A program made the translations under genes and the position numbers. A DNA stretch of 64,000 nt. Source: Epithemia pelagica. Taxonomy: Eukaryota; Protista; Bacillariophyta. Location of the stretch: the NCBI GenBank assembly GCA_946965045.2, contig OX337228.1:4526001-4590000 (forward strand). Direction: 5' to 3'. How positions within the stretch are numbered: position 1 is the stretch's first letter; each line of letters begins with the position of its first letter. The notes beneath the pieces are model-generated. The model was not told the origin of the DNA, did not search any database, and worked only from the letters and a program-made list of their open reading frames with translations. Shown here in pieces: positions 30,632 through 45,000 of this stretch.

Positions 30632-33240
30632 TCAATTCCATGCTTCGACACAAAATCTTCCTTGGCGCTGCAACTTTTTTAGCCACCTTTTAATCGATGC
30701 TTCGGTGTCGTCTTCAGAGGATTTTACACTCTCAACTTTGGTAAGGAGCTCAACAATTTCATCTTTGACAGCACGGGCCATTTTGGCACCTCCGGCAATG
30801 TAAATCGAACCATTCTTGGTACCAAGGTGCGTCATTAATTTGTGTCCCGAGGGGTCAGCGTTTTTAAGGACACTTTGTACATAGACTTTATGCCATTGAT
30901 CCTGGCTAAAAGCAGTGAGTAAACCTAAATTTGACTTGAACGTCGCCCATTCTTCATGATAGTAGAAGTCTTTGGATTTTTTCCGGCATCCGAAAAAAAG
31001 AGCGTCATCTTTGTCCCAGAAAGAGGACGCTGTGTCGTCCTCTTCCTGAATCTGTTCAACTGACAGAGCAACATGAGATTTCTTCAAAAGACTCCGGTAC
31101 CTGCGTTCATGAATCAGACTTCTTAGAGGAGCGATTCCAGTCCCCGCTCCAATGTAAAGAACTGGTTCATCAAACCGTCCCTCACCAGTTTCTGTTTTCG
31201 ACAATGGCAGTTTTTGAAAAGATCCTGGTCGAATCCAACAACGAATTTTCCCCTGACCCTGTTTCTGTCGTCGGCAAAGATAATCAGAGCACAATCCGTA
31301 GTAAGAGCGTCCCAGCGGTGTTGTGCCTTCCTCCACAGCTATGCACAGATCCAGAGTAAACCTTGGGGCTTCGGAAGAATGGCTGACTGATCGAAAGATA
31401 GAATCCTGATAATGCTCCTTTGTCGGTGAACTAGCGATGCTGTATTCCCTCGGTCGCACTGGCGACAACAGACTCATCAAGATAGCAATCGAAGAAAGAT
31501 GAATTCGTTCCTGCGTGCAAGCTTGAACTGAGGATGACGATCGGAGCGAGTCAAAGTCATAAAGGACGTCAGCCCAATTTCTCTTTTCACGCAAAATATA
31601 GTCAGCGTATAGAGCTGAGCCTTTGCTTTCACTAAGTTGCTGCAGCTTTTCTCGTTGTACAAGTCCTTGCTCATGTAAATCCTCGCAACAGCAATGGCTT
31701 AGTGCCCACAGATCTTCCCGTTCCGGTAGAGTGTGAATATCGGCACAATACATCAACCAACCATACAACGTGCACCTTGATGGCCAATGATTATAGGACA
31801 TAAACGAGTCCACAACAGAGATGTTTGCATGGCTTTGATTGATGTCGGAGCAATTTTCATTTTTGCTGGAACTAGACGGGGACATTTTCTGTGTCGGATG
31901 AACTTCAATGATTCGATGGGCCACGTCCTGTATTTCTCGAGGAAGTACTGAGAGAAAACGGTCCACTTGTTCTTTTGAGTTAGATGGAAGTATGGACACC
32001 ACATCACCAGCTTGATATGGTAAATGATCCGAATATGGAGGTCGCAATTCTTTCTCCTCGTCGAATGGTGAGTCATTGATTACTGTTCTCCCAGACGAGG
32101 CTAACTCTATCCGCACATGTCTTGTGTCTTGTGACCAATCATCTGCGGTCAGTCGTTTGTTCTCCACAATTTGACCAAGCAACAACGATGAAGTGTGGGC
32201 GACATTATTATTTCCAAAACTGTGGTTGTTATCTTCATGTCTCAGAAGGATAGGACATTTTTCTTTACCCCTGTCGCTCAGGGTCTGCGTTCGTAGGCTA
32301 TAAGAATAGGCTGTGAAAGGGCGTCTGCTATCAAAAAACGATTCATATGCCTCTCGAAAGTCTGGGTGGCTCCATTCCTCTTCGCTAGTATCTTTTGGGA
32401 TGTAGAGGGAATCCAAGAATTTGATATGATATGGGAGAACACATTGAGACGGCGTACCCTCAACAGACGGTTCAGGCACGGTTTGCGCCCCTGATATTGT
32501 ATGCTGCACTGGTGACGTAGTGGTCTCAGGTGATTTTATATTTTCGTCTGGGACAAGAATCTCTTGTAAGGCAGGAAACAATTGAAATTGCAGCCATTCA
32601 TCCAAGTCAACGAATACGCCTCCTCCGGGGGTTCCATCATCACCGTATCCAGGTTCTCCAACCAGTGTCGCACCCAACTGAGCGAACCGAACAGCTAGTT
32701 TACGAGCGGCGGCACAAAACTGTGGACCGTATGCTCGATCTCCCAAACCAAAAAAGCAACACCGAGTACCCTCCAAAAGATTGCGTGGTACCGATTTCTG
32801 AAGCCTTTTTTATCAAGGCAGGGAAAGGCACGTCCACATGAATTGAGTGAATCTAAGCACACTTATCCGAAACAGAACAGAAAGAATTGCAAATAATCAC
32901 TGGCTTACAATTGTCTCCATAAGCGTTGAATGGTGTCTGTGTGTTCACCATCTCCCGTCGTACTAATAAACAACAGAAGCAGGGCTCGATTCTTCCGCAG
33001 GTTCTCCGCCCAATTATGCAAATCATTTTGGTAAAGCGCAAAATCTTCATCGCAGCTACGGAGCTCCCTAGGTTGACGTGGATCAATCTGCGCCGGAAAT
33101 TTTTCCAACACGAGACGACATGTGCGACGAGAACATGCTTTTGCCCGTCCTGATTGTGTAGAATACAAGAAACGAAAGGAACATTTCGGAATTTGTGCTG
33201 CCAATTGGTTTGCGACACAACCCAAGTCGATATCACCCAT
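30632..33240 (-). CDS. NDOR1: NADPH-dependent diflavin oxidoreductase 1 (Tah18/NDOR1)
   Basis: Flavodoxin domain LYSTQSGRAK, STTGDGE, FGLGDRAY; FAD/NADPH domain REYSIASSP, GAGTGIAPLRS, FFGCR, AFSQDQ, YIAGGAKM, VEAW. One intron at roughly 32806-32907. Confidence 0.88.
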
Positions 33241-33465
33241 CTTGAGATTTCAGAGTGTAAACTCAATGGGGACTCTCTCTGCTCTCTTATGAGAGCTAGC
33301 TCGGTAGAGGTTACGGATATGTACTCCTCTAGCTAGGAGTAGCAAGGAGGGGGGTTTGCCAGGGGAACAGGAATTAGGATGAGTGCATGATCTCTTAACT
33401 ATTGTCACGAAGTACTCCTAAAGGATTATACGATTAGCTATTGTATTTACAATCAGTTCTCCATT

Positions 33466-35346
<1,881 letters not shown>

Positions 35347-35727
35347 CTATGTTGATCCCGACGTATAATGCAACAGTTAAAGTGAAAGGTCAGTTCTTAC
35401 AACGACGCAAAGTAATAGACACCTCGATTTGATGTTTTGTGTTCTGTCGTCCGGTTTTTGATTTTTGATGGCTCCGAAGAAGTGTCTCCTTGCCGACCAT
35501 CGGCAGCTTGCGGCAGTGACGCATCATAGCTCACAATAATTCTACGCGTTCTATTCAGATTCTAATATTAGATGTAATGTACTTGTTCATGTATAATATA
35601 TCTTTGGAGTATTATTCAGAACGGTCGCTTATTTTGAGGGTCCCAGACATTGCGCTCCCCCACTCCACCTCCACGGGTGTGTGTGTGTCAGGGTCAAGCA
35701 TTCTGTTGCAATGATGCCGAACATTCG

Positions 35728-36738
35728 ATGCCCTCGTGGATCATGGAGCATGACTTTCGTCACGATGATCTACTCCAACAACTCAAACCTGTTGTAATTG
35801 AAATTGGTTCCGAAACATTGGAGCTCTTGGCCCTTCCAGAACGTATATTTCATGCCGTCACGGGCTCGTCTAAAGATGATAATGAAAGCGACAAAAAGAT
35901 TAATGACGGCACTGGGACTCGTCCCTATTCAGCAAGTCATGTATTCTTGTACTTTCTGAAAACTTATTTCAAAGAAATTTTTGTCAAAGGCTCGGCTATT
36001 GAATTGGGTGCTGGAATTGGACCTTGTGGGATTTATTTGTTCAAGCTGCGACAAGAGCTACGCCACAGCAACCTACAACTCGGAAGCAACCATCCGGATC
36101 AGGAGGACCGAATCAAAGAATGGATCCTTCTGACGGACGGTGAATCTTTGACGGTCGAGATATTGAGGCGTAATGTGTTGAATCTAGTCATGGGCAAAGC
36201 ATCAAAGACAACATGTTGTCATATTGGCGTTCAGAGGTTGCTCTGGAGTCGCGACAAGGAAAAGCTTGCGGACCAACTGGATGACATTAACGATCTCGCC
36301 ATGTTTACATATCCCCAAACCGAACATTGCAGCTTATCTGGAGCTATTCATGGGTTTGATTTCGTTATTGGTACTGATCTTTTGTACTATCAAACTGATG
36401 CGGAGGAGTTGCTGGCAACCGTTCATGCCCTGCTACACACCAGCAGACCAGGTCTCGCCTTTCTTCCTGGTCTGGTCCGAGTTCCAGAACTGAGCGAAAA
36501 ATTACAGGCTGCTTGTGAAAGCATCCACATGGATCTGATGGTGCTTGATGTCACAAAGTTTATTTCTGAAACAGAGCTCGAAGGAGTCGTGGGATGGTAC
36601 AATATACAATTCTTTGTGTTGAAACACTCTGGAAGACAGATACCGTCTTCCTGGCAGAATGCCTTGGATGATGCAGGATGTAGACCCTTTAGTTTGGAGA
36701 CAGGCGACAACGAAAACGAATTAGGTGTATGGAACTGA
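35728..36738 (+). CDS. Seven-beta-strand SAM-dependent methyltransferase (METTL21/family 16-like)
   Basis: AIELGAGIG, ILLTDGE, LRRNV, LLW, FDFVIGTDLLY. Confidence 0.8.
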   Translation: MPSWIMEHDFRHDDLLQQLKPVVIEIGSETLELLALPERIFHAVTGSSKDDNESDKKINDGTGTRPYSASHVFLYFLKTYFKEIFVKGSAIELGAGIGPCGIYLFKLRQELRHSNLQLGSNHPDQEDRIKEWILLTDGESLTVEILRRNVLNLVMGKASKTTCCHIGVQRLLWSRDKEKLADQLDDINDLAMFTYPQTEHCSLSGAIHGFDFVIGTDLLYYQTDAEELLATVHALLHTSRPGLAFLPGLVRVPELSEKLQAACESIHMDLMVLDVTKFISETELEGVVGWYNIQFFVLKHSGRQIPSSWQNALDDAGCRPFSLETGDNENELGVWN

Positions 36739-37044
36739 TGCATGAACTGATCTTCCCGTCAAACCGATCGCCACAATGCTTAGAAGAAGCACTATGCCAT
36801 GATATTTCCTATAAATATCTTCCCTTTCCACTCTACTCCTATGACACTATCGGTCTAGGGAGGACAGGGAAGTGGAACGCAGTTTTTTTGCTCCCACTCC
36901 TAGGAGTAGATGACAGCGTACCATGCGGGATACACAGCATACTCCTCTAGCTTTCTCTAGCAAGAAAGCTATCCCCGTTCCCCTTAGGGATAGCTCTTAG
37001 ACTCATAAAAACATTTCGGGAAGTTTGTTCATTCTAAAGGAACA

Positions 37045-38656
37045 ATGAGCGATGGGGGAAAGTCTCCTGCGGGCGGCGGAAAGTCATTGCAGCTGATGCA
37101 GCAGCGTATGATGGCGCACAGTGGAGGACAGGCGCAACAGCAGCAACAACCGCAAGCCAACCCATCACAAGCACCAACGGGCAGCGCAGTGCCACCATCA
37201 TCGGTGGCAGCATCTGCACCGTCTGCTGCAGGAGGAGCGTCGGGAGGTAACAAGCCGAAAGGCAAGGATTTCGCCGCCATGAGCTCTCGCACGAAAGGCA
37301 AGGATTTCGCCGCCATGTCCGCCCGAAGTGGGGCCCCGGCTGCAGCTGCGCCAGTTGCAGCGTCACCAATCACCATGAACCGACCATCCCCTATCGCGGC
37401 GGGTGCCGGAGCTCCGGCTCCTGCTACTGCTGCTTCTCAAAGTGGCGGAGTTGCAGGCCGACCCAAGGGCAAGGATTTTTCGGCCATGGCGAGTCGCATG
37501 GGATCGAAACCACCACCTTCGACTGCAATGGATCCACCCTCCTCTTCCGGGGCAGGAGTCGCTTCCACAGCTTCAACGACATCACCTCCAATGCAGCAAC
37601 GTGCGCCGCAGACTCAACAGCTTCCTCACTCGCGTTCGTCCTCATCGGCACAAGCGGCACGGGCAGCCGAAATGCAGGCGGGGGCTCGGGCAGCCGCTGG
37701 ATTGCCTCCTTTGGATCGTCCCACGGCAACGTCAGTGACTCTTCCTCCACCTACAATTCCGCCGCCAAAAACTCATCATCACATCAGTAAAACAAACCCA
37801 CTGTCGCGGGCAGGGAGCTCATCCTACAATACTCACTCGGCGGGAGGGTCTGCGAACAATCCTCATCTTCAACAATCACAACACCCATCCACCCATTCTG
37901 CGTCCATTGGTCAACAACCGCAAACTCTAGCTCAACAACCAATGTCTGGGACACCCAGATCCCGGTCGGGTGGTGCATCATCCTCCCGAAGTCGTGCCCA
38001 GTCCGCAGGTGGCACTGGGCAGAGGACTCGAGAAACGTCTACAAAATCTACAACCACACCTACTCTTGTGGAGTCTCGTTTAACTCAGATGACCGCGGCA
38101 GCTCCGACCATGGCCCCTTTATTGGGAGCAAGAATTCAAGAGATTCTTACAGAAATTGACCCTTCTTTTGCGATCGATTCAGCTGCGGAAGAGCAAGTCT
38201 TGTGTCTAGTGGATGACTTTGTCGATAAGGTTAGTAGCCCTCGATCGGCTTCTTCTTTTGCATCATATCAGATTCGGCTCTCATATCTATTCCTTTTTTG
38301 GTTTCTATCTTTAGGTTGTCAAGCAATCCCTACGGCTAGCCCAGCATCGATCAAGTCGCACTTTAGATGTGCAGGACGTGCAAATAGTCTTGTCCAAGCT
38401 CTGGAACATTACAATTCCTGGATTGGGTGCACCATTGACGGCAAGTAGTAAGGCGAATAATACTCGGCGAATGTCGACGAGTGCCGCAATCAATACCACC
38501 ACACCCAGGAACAGTGCGACGAGCTCCAGCAACAAACGCAAATTATCTGGATCCGCCGCAGGTACATTGGGTAGCGGCAATCCCATGGGTGGAACAGGTG
38601 CCAGTTCATCGTTCAAGGCAGCCAAGACTAGCTCAGATACCGCTGGGTTCAAGTAA
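37045..38656 (+). CDS. TAF12: TFIID/SAGA subunit TAF12 with long N-terminal low-complexity region
   Basis: Histone fold LTEIDPSFAIDSAAEEQVLCLVDDFVDK | VVKQSLRLAQHRSSRTLDVQDVQIVLSKLWNITIPG, joined by intron 38230-38314. Confidence 0.88.
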
Positions 38657-39015
38657 TCGTAAAAGAGGAGATGCATTCGGCGGATGCGCCATAACTCATG
38701 ATCCAGACTTGTCCGTGTATGGGGAACTTCTTCCTCAGATTTTCAATCTCATCATGACCTTTTGGTGGTGGGACACCTGGCTTCGTTAGAGCTCAGGGCC
38801 TCCGCATAGTCATAAAACTAGGCGTAAGTAGAAGGGGACCGTGTATCGCGACCGTATGGGACCATTCAGCGAATAATATTCTTCTCCCACCACACGACCA
38901 GGACACCGAACAAATACAATGTGAACAAGATCGTTCTGGAAAGTCAACTTTAGTCAACCCATTACGATTGTGTGTGTCTGTGGAATACTCCTAGGTCTAA
39001 CTCCATGGACGCAAA

Positions 39016-42000
39016 ATGGCCAAAAGTGTTTTGTTGGATGTGCTTGAGAAGACGATCGGGAAGTATGTGTTGAATTTGGACGCGAATTCTCTCAATGTGG
39101 CTATATGGAGTGGCAAGATTGAGTTGAATTCCTTGCAACTCGACACCAAAGCAGTAAATTTTGAACTGTCCAACATTCAGCCACCCATTCCCTTTCGGGT
39201 TCAATCTGGACATTTTGTTCATTTCCAGGTCGATGTACCATGGGCCAACTTAATGAGCAAGCCCGTTGTGGCGCACGCCAAGGGACTTCACGTCAAAATC
39301 GCTCCACTTCATAGCACCAACCAGCCTCAAAGTAACAGCCATAACAGTAAAACGCATACGAACAATTCTTACGAAGCAAACACTGAGGTGGGAGGAAACG
39401 ACGTTCCAATGGATCCCCAAAAGACGTCAGCATCCTCACCGCCGCACGAGCCCATTGATCCTGATACGGAAGCACGACTCCGAGCAATTGCCAGTGCCGA
39501 TGAATTTCGGCAACAGGCCAACGCATTAAGGGACCTGGCGCAAGAAGATTTGATTCAACAAGATGAGAGTGAAAACAAGCCTTCGTCGTCCTCCTTTGGT
39601 GCCAAGTTGGTGCGACGCATTGTTGAGAATTTGCAAGTCGAAATTTCAGACGTGCACATTGTCTTGGAAAGTAGTGAATGTTCGGCAGGAGTTTTGCTTC
39701 AATCACTTAATTTTGAAACAACAGACAAGGATGGTCGGCGAAGCTTTGTGGACCGATTTACTTCCAAAGATTCTTTCTTGTACAAACGCTTGAAAGTACG
39801 TGGCTTGGGATTGTATCTCGACGAAGCAGCGAACGGTGGACATGGTGGAAATTCATTGCTGTCATCTATAAAGGAGCAGAACAATGACAGTGAAGATGAT
39901 CATGAGGATGATGCGGCGATTTTAGATCACTCATACGTCCTGGCTCCTCTTTCGTTTGAAGCTACACTGAGACAGGCAGATAGCAACATGTGCATTGACC
40001 ATCCAAAGTACCTCCTTAAGAGTGAATTGTCGTCATTGAGCATTTTGCTTTCCAAGACACAAGTGCAGTTGGCTCATAGTATTGCTCGACTACTGAATCC
40101 AAACAATGGCTCTGTCGCAGGAGACCCCGTTCAACCCCTGTTCCCTGAGTACCGACCTTCGGTCCGACCAGTTAATCCCGAGGCAGCTAAACAGTGGTGG
40201 ATCTACGCAGTGCGATGTGTCGGCCGTTTAAATGGCCATCGGTTGTGGGTCGAATTCTATCGAGCTTTTCAAAAAAGGAAACTCTACATTCCTTTGTATA
40301 AAAGAAAGATGCATCACAAACGAACTATACCGTCTCAAAAAGGGGATAATAAGAGGAATTCTTCGTCCCAGACAACAGTTGGATGTCATTGGTTGAAGCC
40401 ATTGTCGGTTAAAGAGGAGGCACAATTAATCGAGTTGGAACTTGATCGTTCAATCTCAACTCAGGGTCTCATGACGTGGCGCAGTATCGCCGATGGTCAA
40501 GTGCTGAAAGAAAAGGAAAAGTACGAAATTAAGGAACGGAAGCAAGGAACTACCAAGTCCAGCTTGTTCACATCTCTCTTCGGAACCAGCAGCAGTAGTG
40601 GCAAGCAGCCAAGCTACGGAGAAAAAGATCCACCCATTGTTCTCTCACCCGAGGAACTCAAGGAGTTGGAGGATGTAGCCATGGAGCAACAAGCATCCGA
40701 GCATGATGCTTTGTCAAATGAATCGAAAATGTTCGACATTCAGTTCGTACTTCGTTCATTCCAAGTCAATCTGACCACATTCAATTACACGGCATTGGCC
40801 TTGCTCAAGATGGGCACCGTGAGCACGAGATTTCAATCGAACGCCGACGGTTCGTTCAAGTTTGACTTTGCACTGAGTAATTTGTCGATAGAGGACAAAA
40901 TCACTCCTTCAACCTTCTTCCTTGTTGTTCTGAAAAACCAACACCAAGTACTGGCGTCCGATGAAAAAGCGTTCTCCTTTCACGTCAACAAGACAAAGTC
41001 AGGTGATCAATACCTACGGGTCCAACTGAGCACATTCGAGGCCATTGCTTCTCCCAACTTGGTAAGGGAAATACAACAGTTCCTCGTCGTGAATGAAAGT
41101 TTTGTTAGTACCGCTGGTGGCAGCAACTATAACCTGAAAGCAAACCCTCTCTTGGCACAATCACTCTCTGGCTCAGTTGATTTATTCTACGATGCATCCG
41201 AAGGACCCCGTATAACATCTGAGAGTGGTGCGACTGTAGTGATGATGCACGACTCGGTGCGGCAACGTCAAGATGCCCTCCGCCTGACCTCGAAGCAAGC
41301 TCCCACCGCTAGTGGCACTGCTGGAAAGAGTGCTCTCTCTGACAACCTGTCAAATGCTCTCTTTGATGCATGGAAGGTACGGACCGAAACGCGGTCGTCG
41401 TGGCTGATTGATTTGGATCTCCAAGCTCCCATTGTCGTCCTTCCAGAAACTTCCACCAACGCGAATTCAACCGTAATCGTCTTCGATTTTGGTCACTTGA
41501 AACTTGTTTATGGCAGTGCGGTCAACACACCATCCGATCAAGTCAAGCAATGGTTCAAGGCCAATCCCAAAGTAGCTACAAAAACAGAGAGGGAGCCGGT
41601 TCTTGACCAGGGGAATCTGCAAGTGAGCTCGTTATCCCTCCTTATTGGTCGTGTAAATGACTGGAAAATGCTGGTTAAGAAGCATGAGGAAAGATTGGCC
41701 GATACGGACCATAATCATGCCATTGTCGAACCTATCACGCTTCGTATGGAATTGGGAGTTGAAGCAAGTTCCTCGGAAAATGTCCCCCGTGTGTGTGCTT
41801 TTGGCATCTTGCCGTCCATTTCTCTGGCGCTCTCACCGGAACAACTGGCCCGTATGCTCAACGTCTACAAGTCATGGAAGAAGCTCATGACTCCAAATAA
41901 GTCAACCATTGCTGCCGGGCCTACAAATACTAGCTGGGATCAAGGTGATGCGATTGATATCGATGAAAACGCATCCACGTCGAGTGCAGGATCGCGCTTT

Positions 42001-45000
42001 TTGGAGCGAGCCCATAGGCTTACACTGAATACAATCTTAGCCGAAGCATCTCGGGACTCCTCCGAGACAGCTACAAACGTATTCAAACAAATATACATCG
42101 ATCTTAAGCTTCGAAGGTTGTCCATAAATGTTAGCACTGATGACATGCAGCAAGGCATGGAAACTCATCTTGTCTCAGTTGGTTGCTCCGTCGCTTTGCT
42201 CTCCAGTGGACTATCAATGGCCAGATTGAACATGGGGTGGTTTTGGATTGTCGACAAGTTCTTTAGTAACTTTGCTCGAACTCAGCGGCTGGTTGTTCAT
42301 TCCACTCTTCCAGTCTCAGCCTCTGAAGTAGCACATGACTCCAAGTACGACATTATTTCACATTTGGACCATCTTGGAGTATTTGAGCCTACTTTTGCAG
42401 GCTCTTCGGAGTTGGCTGACGTCTCCGTCGTATTCTCTCCCCATTCACAGATTGGGGAACTAGACCCTTTCGAAGAGGAATCCCTGTCCTCTTCTGCTGT
42501 CGATATCGCGGCAAACTTTGTGTTGGATGCAAAATTCTCAAGTTTATTTGTTAATTGGAACCCTCGAGCGATCACAGAGATTCTGGACGGGTTGACCCGT
42601 TTCACTGATTTCATGGGACAGTCTTTTGAGTCAGAGGGACAATCTAATGTCATACTTCTGGCTCCGGAACATGCGCTTCATGTCGGTCACGGCGAAGACT
42701 TGCAGCAGCAGCAGCAGCACGAAGACAATTTACGGGGCAAACGTTCGTGTGCTCTTATACGTGCAAGAATGGAAAGTGTCAATCTTTGTCTCCGCTCTGC
42801 ACAGGATGATTTACCAATTTTCACGTTAACCATGTCTTCTGCCTTTCTATCCCACGCATCGAACGATAGTGAAAACATGATCACGAGGGCAACTCTTGGG
42901 AATATCAGCGTATCGACCCCACCTCTTGGGCGAACGCAAAGTCAATATCACACTTTACTCGGTCTATCTCCAGGAAAGTCGGATAGCCTTCTTTCGGTCT
43001 TATATGTGAAGGGGGACACAGTGTTGAGCAAAATACACGAGGACAGTTTTCAGAAGGCCTCGGACCTTGGTGAATGGGCGCTCGTTTCCATATCTCCAAT
43101 GCGACTAGTTTACATCCAAGCCCAGGTTCTCGCTCTTGTTGAATATGCAACCGCAGGCATCCTGGGTACTTTGACAAGTCGAGCTGCGTCCTCCGCTGCC
43201 AGCGCAGCTGCTGAAATGGCTAGCTCAGATGACAAGAAGAAACAGTTTGTTGTGAGAGCGACAGGGTTTGAAGTGCTTTTACCTGAAGCTGCGTATAGTG
43301 ACAATTATTTCTCTGTGAGGGCAGGTATTGTCCATGCAGAGTACACTGTGTTGCCTGATGAGAAAGGAGCAGAAGCTAAATTCTCCATGTCTAACGTTAT
43401 GACCGCAGATAGACAAGGAAGCGAAACGCAAGATGCCCCCATTCAGATGGAAATGGATATGGTACTCCCGCCTGTTATTGGCGGATCTCATGACGACGAA
43501 GCAATACGGATCAGCATTGTCATGTCAAGGGCTCCATTTCTGCTCCAGAAGCATCAGTACAAGCAACTTCTTACAACACTAGGTGAAAATATTGGAGAGG
43601 CAGATTTGTTTCTTCGAGACGACGTTGCAGGAAATGAGCTGTTCGCTCAGAACGAATCGCATCCATCATCTGGAAACGCTCCCGTTTCAGCGAAGGTGAC
43701 TCATGCTGGGGTTTCAGTGAACGAGACCACTCGTTCAATTTACCTAGATGTCATAATTGGAAGTCTTTCCATTGACCTAATGGGTGAAAATGTTAATGAT
43801 GCCATTGTCAAGCTAAAAGCGGAAAGAACCGTGATTCGAATGGTGACTCAACCACACGAAGAACGATTTTCCGTGAAAGTCGGGTTACGAGACTTGATGT
43901 GCTGGGATGAACGAGCGGAAGCCATCGGAAGGAATGAAAGAGCTTTGATTTCTCAAGACGCCGTTGATGATGATGCTGAACAGCACTTCTTCGACATTGT
44001 ATATGAAAAAGTAGCTAACAAGAAAACTGACATCGGCCTAAATGTTGGGGCGCCAAGGATTGTTATTGTTCCTGATGCTGTGATCGACGTACTTGGATTT
44101 TTTAATGTGGATACTTCTGCTCAACAGGACACGTCCAAGGCTGAGCCATCCTATGAAGAAGAAAGAACGGGATTCTATGTAACAAACGTTGGAGATGCCT
44201 ACGAAGTTGAGGCACGACCTATTCCTTTCGTTGCCGAGGACGAGCACTCTCTTTCTTTTTCACTTAAAACTCGACAAATAGCAGTTGCCTTCGTTGATTA
44301 TGGCTCAATCACAGGTCAAGGTATGAAACAAAGTTCTATCCAAATGGCATCGGTAGAAGAAACCATTGTCATTCGTGGAGCATTCGATGCTAAGGGATCA
44401 ATACAATCAAGAGTGCATTCATGTGCTCTTAAATCTGCTGTAGCGGAAATCCATGGGGACAATGTTGAGATGTACAGCGCACTGGGAAAAAGCTCGGCAA
44501 CCGCAATCCAGATGCTGGACCCATTCAGTTTCTCGGTGTACGCGAGTACTCGTGTTATAGACACGACATCAAGAACTTCTGATTTCCGATTAGCTGTTCT
44601 CTCGCCCATTGATATGTGCATGTCTATGCAGAATTTTGCTCTTCTTAACTCAATTATCGAGAGCATGAGTGGCTCTTACGATGCCAGTGCCGAAGGAAAA
44701 ACTTCAGATTTGATCTTGACTTCACAAGACGCATCTCTTATTGAGCACCTTGACCATGCACTGGAGGGTGACCAAAATAGCGATATTAGCGTCAAGCACT
44801 CTCCTTCGAAAGCTTTATCAATGCCGGCAGTTGAATCAAATTCACTCGATCAAAACGAGCAAACGCAATCCATGTCTTCCATGAACATAACATTGCCAGA
44901 GGCAAAGGTCACCGTTGTCAACGACCTACAAGGACTGGACGACCCCCTTATAAGATTTGAGTTTCTGAATGTTGTGGCAAACGCTCGTGTTCGTGAGGGT

